From: Octopus sinensis
Taxonomy: Eukaryota
Direction of reading: 5' to 3'
Assembly: GCF_006345805.1 (NCBI RefSeq)
Contig: NC_043024.1
Location: forward strand, 7,192,001-7,256,000
DNA length: 64,000 nt
Positions 24,886-36,071 of the stretch are shown here, piece after piece. The notes beneath the pieces were generated by a model. The model searched no databases and was not told the DNA's origin. It saw only the letters and a list, made by a program, of their open reading frames with translations. Within the stretch, counting starts at the first letter, position 1; every line of letters begins with the position of its first letter. A program made the translations under genes and the position numbers.

Positions 24886-26192
24886 CTGTATAAAGAAAAA
24901 AAATTTAATAAATATAGACATATAGACAAAGACCTTAACTAAAAACATTGAAAGGACCTACCTACATACATACACACATACAAATACATGTTATGTGACC
25001 ACGCAACTGACCAGACTGTCAGATGTTGTTACACATCGCTGGTCACAATGACCTTTGCATTGTTTTAGTGTTTGAACGACACCACTCCGCTGGCTAGGTG
25101 AGCAGGCCAATATTCCCCCACTGAGCAAAAAGGGGAATGGAGCAATGTGAAGCAAAGTGTTTTGCTCAAGAACACAACTCACCGCTCATTCTGAGAATTG
25201 AACCCGTGATCTGACAATCGTGAGCACAACACCCTAACCACTAGGCTATGCACTTTTTATACACACACACACAAACTTGTTGCTTAAAACAAAGAAACTG
25301 TTTAAAAAGAAAGCCTTCCCAAAAACTCATATTCTTTGTTTAGAGCAGGGGTCGGAGATTTTTTTTAACTGATTACCCCAAAATATATTTATTTACGCCA
25401 ACATTACCCCCTTGATTCGAGAAGAAAAAATCATGGATAACAAGGAACAATTTTTTTTAAATATAATTTTACTTATGTCTAATGAGTCCTCATTACCTGA
25501 AAGAACTTCATTTTTATCCCACTTGGGGTAACTTACCCCAGTTCACTGATCCCTGATTTAAAGAATCCCCACACAGACACACACACACAAATATGCATAT
25601 AGATTCAAATCAAGAAATAGCTGAACATACATCTTTTTTTTTTTACATCTTTTACTTGTTTCAGTCATTTGACTGCAGCCATGCTGGAGCACCGCCTTTA
25701 GTCGAGCAAATTGACCCCAGGACTTATTCTTTGTAAGCCTAGTACTTATTCTATCAGACTCTTTTGCCGAACTGCTAAATTATGAGAACGTAAACACGCC
25801 AGCAATAGTTTGCATGTGATACAACTCAAAACACAGTATTATGCATGTAAAGTATTATGCATGTCATTGGTCTACTGCTAGTCTCATGACTTGAACGTAA
25901 CCTAAAATAGCTAAGACAATGCACGGGACAGCGAGCGCATGCACCTCAAGAGATAAAGTACACGATAGCGAACGTAAACATACGTCAGCTGTGAGAGATG
26001 TAAGGCAGCTCTACATCGTATATTTACGTTAACCGCGGGTAGGCAAGCAAAAGTGTGATCGCATATTTTTGTCAACCGTTGTCAAAGGGTTAAAGTGGTA
26101 CCCCAGAATGGTTGCAGCCTAATGACTGAAACAAGTAAAAGATAACAGAAACAAATAACTGCAGAGGAATGAGGTAACTTAATCATACTTAC

Positions 26193-26265
26193 ATTTAGAT
26201 TGTTCAGCGACATGTTACTGGAGCTGAATCTGCGAATCTTCGATTCTTGTTTTATCAAGGATGGA
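26193..26265 (-). CDS. FAM122A: FAM122 coding exon 2 (sPSLIKQESKIRRFSSSNMSLNNLN)
   Basis: Pyrimidine tract + CAG acceptor and GTAAGT donor. Phase 2 in, phase 0 out. RRFSS lies where FAM122 has RRNS. Confidence 0.85.
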
Positions 26266-26499
26266 CTGCATTGAAAGATAAATAAGTGTGAACCAATAGA
26301 AGATATACACATCGTCATTGTTATCATCATTTTTCATGCACTTTCCATATTGGAATTTGTTGGACAGTTCCACAGGATTCACCCAATCAGAAGATCACAT
26401 CTTGTTACAAACATACACAATCAAGCACCCAGTAGACTGGGTAAGGTGGTTGTAAGTTCTGAAGCTTTACAGCAGCAACCATAAAAATAAGCACAATGA

Positions 26500-27600
26500 A
26501 AGGTAGGTCTGGTGATATTGTGGAGAAGCCAGAGCAGAGCTCAATGTATGTGCGCTGTGTGCAAGAGGTAAGATGGAAGGGATCCTCAACTAAGCCAGTA
26601 CCAATTCTTCTAGGTGAGTAATAATGGCAACAGGAGTGGAGTATGCATGCTCTTAGCTGAGAAATAGATTGATGAAGTAATTGAAGTAGAGAGGGTGTAT
26701 GATAGGATAATTAAGATGAGACTAGTTATAGGCAACTCAACAGTGACATATTTCTGCATATGCCCCACAGGTAAAATTGACAGAAACATAGATGGACTGC
26801 TTTTATGAACCCTTCTGCAGACAACATCAATGGTGACTGACAGCAACTTCCTTATTGAAGTTTGTGGCTTCAATGATCATGCTGTCGAACACAATTATGG
26901 CTTCTATAACATACACGGAAGCTACTGGTATGGTTCAAGAATGGATGGAAGCACTCCGTCGGTTACGATGATGAGGGTTCCGGTTGATCCGAATCAACGG
27001 AACAGCGTGCTCATGAAATTAACGTGTAAGTGGCTGAACACTCCACAGACACGTGCACCCTTAATGTAGTTCTCGGGGATATTCAGTGTGACACAGAGAG
27101 TGACAAGGCCGGACCCTTGAAATACAGGTACAACAGAAACAGGAAGTAAGAGTGAGAGAAAGTTGTGGTGAAAGAGTACAGCAGGGATCACCACCATCCC
27201 CTGCCGGAGCCTCGTGGAGCTTTTAGGTGTTTTCGCTCAATAAACACTCACAACGCCCGGTCTGGGGATCGAAACCGCGATCCTATGACCGCGAGTCTGC
27301 TGCCCTAACCACTGGGCCATTGCGCCTCCTATGGTTCAAGAAATAAGAAGGATGTAAAGGCTCTTGGAGTTCTGTAATGCAATTAAAATAACAATTGCAA
27401 CACTCTTTAAGAGACCTCGCAATCACCTCTGTACCTACAAGTCTGGTGAGCACAAGTCACATAGATTACATTCTCACCGTGAGATGAGACAGAAGGGCTA
27501 TAGTAAATACCAAAACTGTTGTTCCTGACAAAGACTGCATCCAGCAACATAAATTAGCAGCTTCAGAACCAGAACTAAGTGAACACAGAAACAGAAGTAA
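26500..27600 (+). mobile_element. Degenerate RTE-type apurinic endonuclease region, interrupted by a SINE
   Basis: GRSGDIVE..CVQEVRWKG, RVYDRIIKMRL, GDFN-like and IDYILT-like remnants with stops and frameshifts. Confidence 0.6.
26942..27329 (-). mobile_element. Full-length tRNA-derived SINE with 13-bp TSD
   Basis: A box TGGCCCAGTGG and B box GGTTTCGATCCC. TSD TATGGTTCAAGAA at 26929-26941 and 27330-27342. A related head occurs at 61462-61739(-). Confidence 0.88.
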
Positions 27601-27878
27601 AAGATCCCACGGTTGGGGATAGGTTCAGGGAAATTCTACTCAACTCACATGACTGTTTTGAGCGGGATGGGCTACTCGACCAGAAGAAAATTCTAACTGG
27701 GCCTCACCTGCAAGGTCATGTGCTGTTTATCTTGATATGAGATCACCATGTCGCGCACATATGGTTGTGATGCACGTGCCTGGTGTAACCTTATCAAACG
27801 GGTAGTCATGATGGGTATACTGGGCTTCGTATATTTTACTCCAGCGTCACTTTGATGGCATACACTGCTCTCTCACTC

Positions 27879-27944
<66 letters not shown>

Positions 27945-28679
27945 AAGAAGAATCTGGCTAATGCTTACTAGATCTGCCTTTCATTGTACCTACATTGACT
28001 TATTTCTTTACTACCTACAAGGGGCTAAACACAGAGAAGACAAACAAGGACAGACAAACGGATTAAGTCTATTATATCGACCCCAGTGTGTAACTGGTAC
28101 TTATTTAATCGACCCCGAAAGGATGAAAGGCAAAGTCGACTTCGGCGGAATTTGAACTCAGAACGTAACAGCGGACGAAATATGGCTACGCATTTCGCCG
28201 ACATGCTAACGTTTCTGCCAGCTCGCTGCCTTTGACTGTGACAGCTTCAAAGCTGTGGACTTGAAAGAAAGAGTGAGTTGTAAGCTGGAGGAAGGTGTAC
28301 CGATTCCAGCACTTGGAAGCAAGGTTTGTGCGAAGGTACCCTGCAGGCAACGGGCTCTTGCACACACACACCCCAGTGTCACTTTGATGGCATGCACTGC
28401 TCTCTCACTCAATAATAATAATACATACATACATACATACATACATCTAAAGCAAAATTTTTTCAGGGGCTTATTTTGCTGTGTGGACCCCCAAAAATCT
28501 TACATGGACCCTCGGGGACCATACAGACTCCGGTTGAAAACCACTAATCTAAGGTAATATTCTTTCATGACCAGATACGTTTTTATAGGAGACTGGCGAT
28601 GAACAACATTGCCTGCATAAGTGACGTTCATTTACTGCTATCATGTGATGTCAAAACAAGGAGACACACATATATATAT

Positions 28680-29135
28680 CATCATCATCATCATTTAGCG
28701 TCCGCTTTCCATGCTGGCATGGGTTGGACGGTTCAACTGGGGTCTGGGAAGCCAGGAGGCTGCACCAGGCTCCAGTCTGAGCAGTGTTTCTACAGCTGGA
28801 TGCCCTTCCTAACGCCAACCACTCCATGAGTGTAGTGGGTGCTTTTTACGTGCCACCTGCACAGGTGCCAGGCGAGGCTGGCAATGGCCACGATCGGATT
28901 GGTGCATTTGACGTGCCACCGGCACGGAAGCCAGTCAAAGCGGCGTTGGCATTGGCCACGATTCGGATGGTGCTCTTTACGTGCCACCGGCACAGAAGCC
29001 AGTCTAGGTGGCACTGGCATCGGCCACGTTCAGATGGTGCTTTTTACGTGCCACCGGCACAGGGATCACAACTGCAGTTTCCATTGATTTTGATGTTGGT
29101 GTACTTGACTCAATGGATCTCCTCAAGCACAGGGT
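28680..29135 (-). mobile_element. 5'-truncated 3' UTR of the PHD-RTE LINE with internal ~60-bp subrepeats and (GAT)n tail
   Basis: 29060-29131 is the reverse complement of 1139-1215. Related copies at about 2449-2615(+), 12285-12510(+), 20600-20830(-), 23930-24135(-), 29240-29870(-), 31135-31420(-), 39718-39900(-), 56440-56790(-), 58300-58660(+), 60760-60890(-). Confidence 0.8.
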
Positions 29136-31499
29136 CAAAATGGTATTTCTTCACAAACAATAATTTTATATTCAAGTACACATCTTGTAATATACCGTTT
29201 AAAGCCTATTCGCTGTAATCAGCTACCTGATGTCATCATCATCATCATCATTTAATGTCCGCTTTCCATGTTAGCATGGGTTGGACGGTTTTGACTGAGG
29301 TCTGGCAAACCAGATGGCTGCACCAGATTCCAATCTTGATCTGCAGAGTTTCTACAGCTGGATGCCCTTCCTAATACCAACCACTCCAAGAGTGTAGTGG
29401 GTGCTTTTATGTGCCACCAGCAAGAGGGCCAGCTAGGCGGTACTGGCAACGGTCACACTCAAATGGTGTTTTTCATGTGCCACCTGCACAGGAGCCAGTC
29501 CAGCGGCACTGGCAATGACCTCGCACAAATGTTTTTTTTCACATGCCACCAGCACAAGTGCTAGTAAGGTGACGCAGGTAACGATCACACTCAAATGGTA
29601 TTTTTAACATGCCATCGGCATGGAGGCCAGCTTGTTGCTCTGGCAACGATCACACTCGTATGGTACTCTTAGCGCTCCACTAGCATGGATGCCAGTCATC
29701 AAATTTGATTTCAATTTCGATTTCACTTGCATCATCAGGTCTTTGCAAGCTGACTTTAGTGTCCAATGAAGGAAAGGCATGCATAAATGGACTGGTTACA
29801 CCCCTGGCATAGGCCACAAGGTTATGGTCCCACTTGCACTTGCTGAGTCTTCTCAAGCACAGTATAGATTTAAATAACACTGGATTTTTGTCACCCTCTA
29901 ACTGTTCATCCTCTGACAGGAGTTCCCCTCCTTAAATGTCCCTTCTCTTCTCATAATTCCTTGTCTTGCAAGTTACGTGGTGACCCTGCCATCGCTGGTT
30001 CCGTGTAAAAAGCATCCAGCCATAAAAATCATGCCAAAACTAACCTTGCCTGTGCTAGTACCATGTATAGAGCACTGAGGCCAATCTTCAGAGTGGTTGG
30101 TGTTAGGAAGGACATCAAGCCATAAAAACCTTGCTAGAACAGGCACAGTAGTATGGAGTACGCTTTCTACCTGGCCAGCTCCTGTGAACTGTCTTACCCA
30201 TGCATACATGGAAGATGAACATTAAATGATGATGATATATATATATAAGCTGAAGTTGTCTGTGTGTGGCAGGTTTGGTAGCCTTCAACTAACTCTATCT
30301 CCTCCGAGACCCTGCAGCGCAAGTTGACCAAAATTGAGAGTATGATAGAAGAAGGCTTGCTCTTCATTCCGTAGAAGATAAAATTCAAATCGGACCATGT
30401 TAACACAAAAAATTATTTACATCAAAAAGATGCTTTTTTTCTATGAAAATCTCTATTTTTTACGATTTTTTTACTGCTGTGTCGCCATTTTTTGGTGTAT
30501 TTCAACCAGAAAAATGCTCACTTAAAGAGAATAACAAGCTACATAATGCAAAATTTTTACTTTTCAAAAATTTCAATTCTAAAGGGTCGAAACAAACCCA
30601 AGCAACGCCGGGCGATACTGCTAGTATATATAAACAGCTCAAATTTACAGAAAACAAAAGACGAAGACAGCTGAACAAACAGCAAGCAGGTGTATTAGCT
30701 TAATGCTCAGGAAGAATGGAAATGTCCTTGACGTTTCAAAGCCTTTGACGTTTCAAAGTCTTTGACATGTCAAAGAGCCTACGCTTTTTAACAGAAAGGA
30801 TTAAGAAGAAAAGAAACAGAGATGTGTAGGGATTAACGGTTCAACATGATATATGCCAGTATGGAACATGAACATTAAATGATTATGATAATGATGATTT
30901 ACATACATACAAGACAAAGACCTCAGCATGTGAAGGCTGTGAATTTGAGCTTGAGATCATACTGGTTTGGTGAGCTTACTCTGCTACACTGGCTCAACAT
31001 CGTTTGGCAGAGAGATGCAGTTTTTTTATACTCATATCCAGGAGTAATTAAGTTAATTACATCAATCCCAGTGCTCAACTCGTACTTTTCTTAATCAAAT
31101 CCAAAAGGATGAAAGAAAAAGTCAAGATACATCATCATCATCGTTTAACGTCCGTTTTCCTTGCTAGCATGGGTTGGACGGTTCGACCAGGGTCTGGGAA
31201 GCCAGGAGGCTGCGCCAGGCTCCAGTCTGATCTGGCAAGGTTTCTACAGCTGGATGCCCTTCCTAATGCCAACCACTCCGTGAGTGCAGTGAGTGCTTTT
31301 TACGTGCTACCGGCACAGGTGCCAGACGAGGCTGGCAAACGGCCACGATCGTGTGTTGCTTTTTACGTGTCACCGACACGGACGCCAGTCAGGTGGTGAC
31401 GCATTCCATAAGTTTTGAGATTTTTTTTTTAGAAGAGGCAGTTATAACTTTCCTAAATTACTGTAATTTTAGTAGAGAAGATTCACAAAGAAGATCGTC

Positions 31500-32010
31500 T
31501 TTTTGCAACAGCTCAGCTACTGGGAAAGGTTGAAACAGCTAAAACTCTACTCCCTGGAAAGAAGACGGGAGAGGTATGCAGTAATATATATCTGGAAGAT
31601 TCTGGAAGGAATTTTGCCAAATTTTGGCATTGAAAGCTACACCAATGCCAGAATGGGACGACACTGCATAGTACCAAAGAGCGCAGCTTGCCATCGTGCT
31701 TCAGGACTAGTTACTGCAACAGCCTGGGTTTCAAAGACCCACAGCTTTTTAATATTCTCCCAAAGAGTCTGAGGAACTTGCACAAAGTAGATGTAGTGGT
31801 TTTTAAATCAAAGCTGGACCTCTTCCTGTCGAGAGTCCCTGATGAACCTACCTCACAGCAAGAGGTGCAAATGAGAGTAGCTATATCAAACTCCATGCTT
31901 CACCAAGTGTCATATATTAGAGGAGGCTCTTAGTAATAACAGTGTAGCAAAATGGCGGTGCTCCAGCATGGCCGCAGCTCTGAGCTGAAACTAAAGAGAG
32001 AAAAAAAAAT
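31500..32010 (+). mobile_element. CR1/L2-type LINE 3' end
   Basis: LSYWERLKQLKLYSLERRRERY..IWKILEG and PQLFNILPKSLRN..FKSKLDLFL, then a short 3' UTR with stem-loop and A-rich tail. Confidence 0.85.
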
Positions 32011-32149
32011 ACCTTCTAATAAGCTGACCTGCCAACTTTTGTTATTCCAGATTGAAGGGGACAGCTGTAACAGCACTATAAACACACCCTGCTAAACACG
32101 ATCACAATTCCATCCTGGTAAACCAACAATTTCACAGAGATGGGTACCA

Positions 32150-32400
32150 GAAATGGCCACCACCAACAGTCCAGACCTTGCTCCCAGTGACTTTTGGTTG
32201 TTCCCCAAACTGAAGGCAGTCATTTTGAAGGCATTGAGAAGATGCAGCAGACTGCAACAAGAGTTGTGGACACCTTCACTTTGGAGGGCTTCCATGGGGC
32301 CTATGCAAAGTGGCTGAAGAATTACACAAGTTCCTTAAAGTCAGAGGGTCCTACTTTGAAGGAGTTTAGATTTTTGTAGTCCTTTGAAATTAATATTTCG
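32150..32400 (+). mobile_element. Mariner transposase C-terminal fragment
   Basis: SPDLAPSDFWLFPKLK (mariner YSPDL-x-P-x-D-Y/F motif), then RVVDTFTLEGFHGAYAKWL..SYFEG-like end. Confidence 0.75.
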
Positions 32401-33377
32401 TTTTGGGATTTGGTTTGCAAGATTCTTTATGTGAGTTTGTGTGTTGAAGCATATTCTGTTATGTCTGGGGAGAGTCATTTTCTTTTTGTGTCTTATAATG
32501 TAACACACTCACTGGTAAAATTTCCACTTATTCCTTAATTTTACTTTCCTAAAATTTCCGTTGCGTCTTGCAACCTTTTCAATAGTCAAAACTTTTGAAA
32601 AGGTTGCAAGAATTTGAAATTAATGTCTTCCTTGAAAAAGTCTCAAATCTTCTGGAATGTGCCAATGAACATACAAACATACAGAAATATATATATATGC
32701 ACACACAAACATACATAAATGTTGAATGAGAATGAGTGCTCAATGCCCGATTAGTGGATAAAATTTCTTTATTTGTGTATTAAGGCTACCATTGGTTTCA
32801 TGTTAAGAAAATAATATCTTAACAATTTTTCAAGCCAATCATACAGCAGAATGGTATCTGTCTCCCTTTTGGATGAAATATGTATGTGTGCATGTGTGTG
32901 TGTGTGTGTGTGTGTGTGTATTTATGCATTAGTTTTGGGGAATTCCTGATGTGAGAATGTGCTTTGAAACAGATATTGTTACACTCAGAGATGGTCATTT
33001 TTTTTTTATTCAATACAGATAAAAACTATGGTAAAGTGCACGTGTTTCATTGGTAAAAAAAAGAAAAGACCAACCCCAAGTATAGCGATATATAAAATTA
33101 AATAGGTATCATTACCATTATTGATAATAATAATAATGATAATAATAAAGTGGATAGCACGTTTATACCATTATAGATAAAAATACAAACAAAATTCAGT
33201 AGGGTATTAGAATACCACTGGCTATAAACATATTCCTTACTTTTGTAGTTCGTACATGGTAAGCCTATTTCTGTTATGTTTGGTGCATTCACCATGTGTA
33301 GTTTAATAGTGAGTAATTCGTGGTTTTACAGTGATAGCTCTGTTTATAGCGTGTAGTATTCTAATACTCTACTGAAT

Positions 33378-33415
<38 letters not shown>

Positions 33416-33608
33416 TATGTGTGTGTATGTATAAGAGTGTTGATGTATGTGTGTGTATGTATAACCGAAATTGCGAGGATGATCCAGTTCTTGACTGAAG
33501 ATTAGAGGCTTCGAATGACCTGTCCGTTTTCATATCGTCTATTTGAATGTTTTACGTTCTTGTCCCATTTTGCATTTTTATATATATATATTTTTATACA
33601 TATATATA

Positions 33609-33660
<52 letters not shown>

Positions 33661-33724
33661 ATAAAAACGGTAAGACAACAAAAGAAAGAAAGAGACCTCG
33701 ATATGATGTAAATAGAGGAATTTA

Positions 33725-33988
33725 TCTGTAAATGTAATATCTGACAATTATTTGGTAGCCATGATAAAACTCCGAGTTTCGGATGCCGAGGTGGAAAGCC
33801 ACGCCGCCATCTCTTCAGTTATCCGGCCATCGGAAAAATGCATCGGAAAAATCCGGCCATCAGAAAAAAAGGCATTTTTCCGATGGCTGGATAACTGAAG
33901 AGATGGCGGCGTGGATTTCCACCTTGGCATCCAAAACTCGGAGTTTTATCATGGCTACCAAATAATTGTCACATATTACATTTACAGA
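33725..33988. repeat. Near-perfect inverted repeat, 117-bp arms, 30-nt loop, in FAM122 intron 1
   Basis: 33725-33841 versus 33872-33988, about 5 mismatches by manual alignment. Confidence 0.9.
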
Positions 33989-34256
33989 CATATATATATA
34001 TATTTAACAAAGACTTTCTTTCACCTGAGGATGTAGCTTAAATTCTCCATTATTTTGCAGGATTTTTCACATTTTGCATTAATGCTGACATGTAAGTAAT
34101 CTATTTATTAAATATTATAATATAAATTATTCACATGATTTTAAGTTACGAAACAATTTGTTGTGACATTAGAATTTTCTTGTTAAATAAAATTTCATCA
34201 AGCTATTTCTGTCATTCATGACTCTGTATATAAAAACTCAAAGAAATTATACATAC

Positions 34257-34390
34257 CTGTAGTCAACAGCCGACACAGTCAGAACATTTATCATGGGGGC
34301 ACTGTTTGAGCGCTTCAGGCCTCCAGTGCCACAGCTGCTCGTCCCTACTGTCGAGGGACAGCTGCTCACAGACGGAGGATCAACTTCCAT
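34257..34390 (-). CDS. FAM122A: FAM122/PABIR family PP2A-B55 inhibitor, coding exon 1 (MEVDPPSVSSCPSTVGTSSCGTGGLKRSNSAPMINVLTVSAVDY)
   Basis: GGLKRSNSAPMI matches the FAM122 N-terminal motif (human GGLRRSNSAPLI). ATG at 34390; GTATGT donor at 34256; phase 2. Confidence 0.9.
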
Positions 34391-34783
34391 TGTTCACCAG
34401 ATGTATATTATATAATTGTAAATATATGTATATAAATACATACAGATATAGTAGTCTATTTACATATATGTCTGTATACGTCGATACATATATATGCGTT
34501 TATGTGTATGAGCATGTGTATATGTGATTGTGTATAAGATTGTCTCACAAGTGGCAAAAATATGTCCAAATAAGTCAACAGGCCACTGACTTGACAGTGG
34601 TCACTGTTGCTGCACCTGTACCAAGTTGTACAGCTAGCCAGGTACAAACAGGTAAATATCCATCATCATTGCAACAAACTGCAGTACAATGCAGTGACGT
34701 TGGTACACAGTCTGTGGTGGTGGTCACTATATATATATATAAATGTGTGCCCTTGCAGTAGATCGAGTGGATTGTTGCTGCAA
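34391..34783 (-). other. Probable 5' UTR part of the FAM122 ATG-containing exon
   Basis: Strong acceptor TTTTCTTCTTTTACAG at 34784-34785 and no better acceptor nearer the ATG. A further GTGAGT donor at 35113-35118 may end an upstream UTR exon. Confidence 0.45.
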
Positions 34784-35581
34784 CTGTAAAAGAAGAAAAG
34801 ACAATCTGGTAAGGGTTTGTTACATAAGGGTGTGCAGAAGAGAGAGAGAGAGAGAGAGAGACAGGTACAGAGAAAGATGGACACTGAGAGATAGACAGAC
34901 AGACAGATAGAAAGAGAGTGTTTCTTTGTTCACCATAAGGTTGAGAAAAAGAGGGGACAATACGGGGACAGACAAAACAAACGTTGGGGGTCAGGGTATC
35001 GAATGAGACGAAACGTATGAATAAACAAACAATTAAAATATATACAATTAAATGAGAATGAGTGATTAACAAAAAATGAAGCGGAGGACGCGGTTGACCC
35101 CCAAAACCACATACTCACACTGAAGACTTTGCTTTCTCCTTTTTTAAATTCTCGATTAAACAAGTTCTTTCACTCGCAACATACTTGCTGGCGGCGAGCT
35201 GGCAGAATTGTTAGCACGCCAGGTGAAATGCTTAGCGCTATTTCATCTGTCTTTACGTTCTGAGTTCAAATTCCGCCAAGGTCGACTTTGCCTTTCATCG
35301 TTTTGGGGTCGATTAAATAAGTACCAGTTACGCACTGGGGTTGATGTAATCGACTTAATCTGTTTGTTTGTCCTCTCTGTGTTTAGCCCCTTGTGGGTAG
35401 TAAAGAAATAGCTATATACTTCCATCTTTTACGAAACACACTTTGCGACAGGCATTTCTTCTCCAAGAAGACAATGACGATCATTTTCAATGCTCATATG
35501 ATGTCTGGACAAGGGTAGACACAAATACATATACATAGACACAAGTGTGTGTGTGTGTGTGTGTGGTGTGTGTGTGTGTGT

Positions 35582-36040
35582 AAGTAGAGATTTCAAACTT
35601 CAAATCCTCAAAGCCACAGTCAAACCAATTCTACTATATGGCTCAGAAAGCTGGACGTTATCAAAGAAGCTTGAGAGGCGGTTGGATGGAACTTACACTC
35701 GCCTCCTTATGAGAGCTCAAAATCTCTCGTGGAAGCGTCATTCAACCAAAATACAAATATATGGGAAACTACCACCTGTGTCATCTCTTGTGAAAGGTAG
35801 AAGAGTCCAGTTTGTTGGACATTGTTGTAGAGCTGAAAATGAGGCAATTTCTACTCTTCTCCTCTAGAAGCCATCTACTCGCGTTACCAGAGGGCGCACA
35901 CTATCCTACCCTGATGTAATCTCCAGGGATACAGGCATCCAGCAACAGGACCTCCATAATGCTATGATGGACTGTGAAGTCTGGCGTAGCATGGTAAATT
36001 CCATTGTCTCGACCACGGTCAAACAATGATGATGATGATG

Positions 36041-36045
<5 letters not shown>
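35582..36045 (+). mobile_element. 3' end of a second RTE-clade LINE family
   Basis: KATVKPILLYGSESWTL..RRVQFVGHC..VWRSMV, (TGA)n tail. A near-identical shorter copy lies at 54195-54492. Confidence 0.85.

Positions 36046-36071
<26 letters not shown>

Noticed and set aside
30270-30400. Non-repetitive patch reading ETLQRKLTKIESMIEEGLLFIP* on plus
   Set aside because: No splice signals or family match; it is not needed for the FAM122 model.
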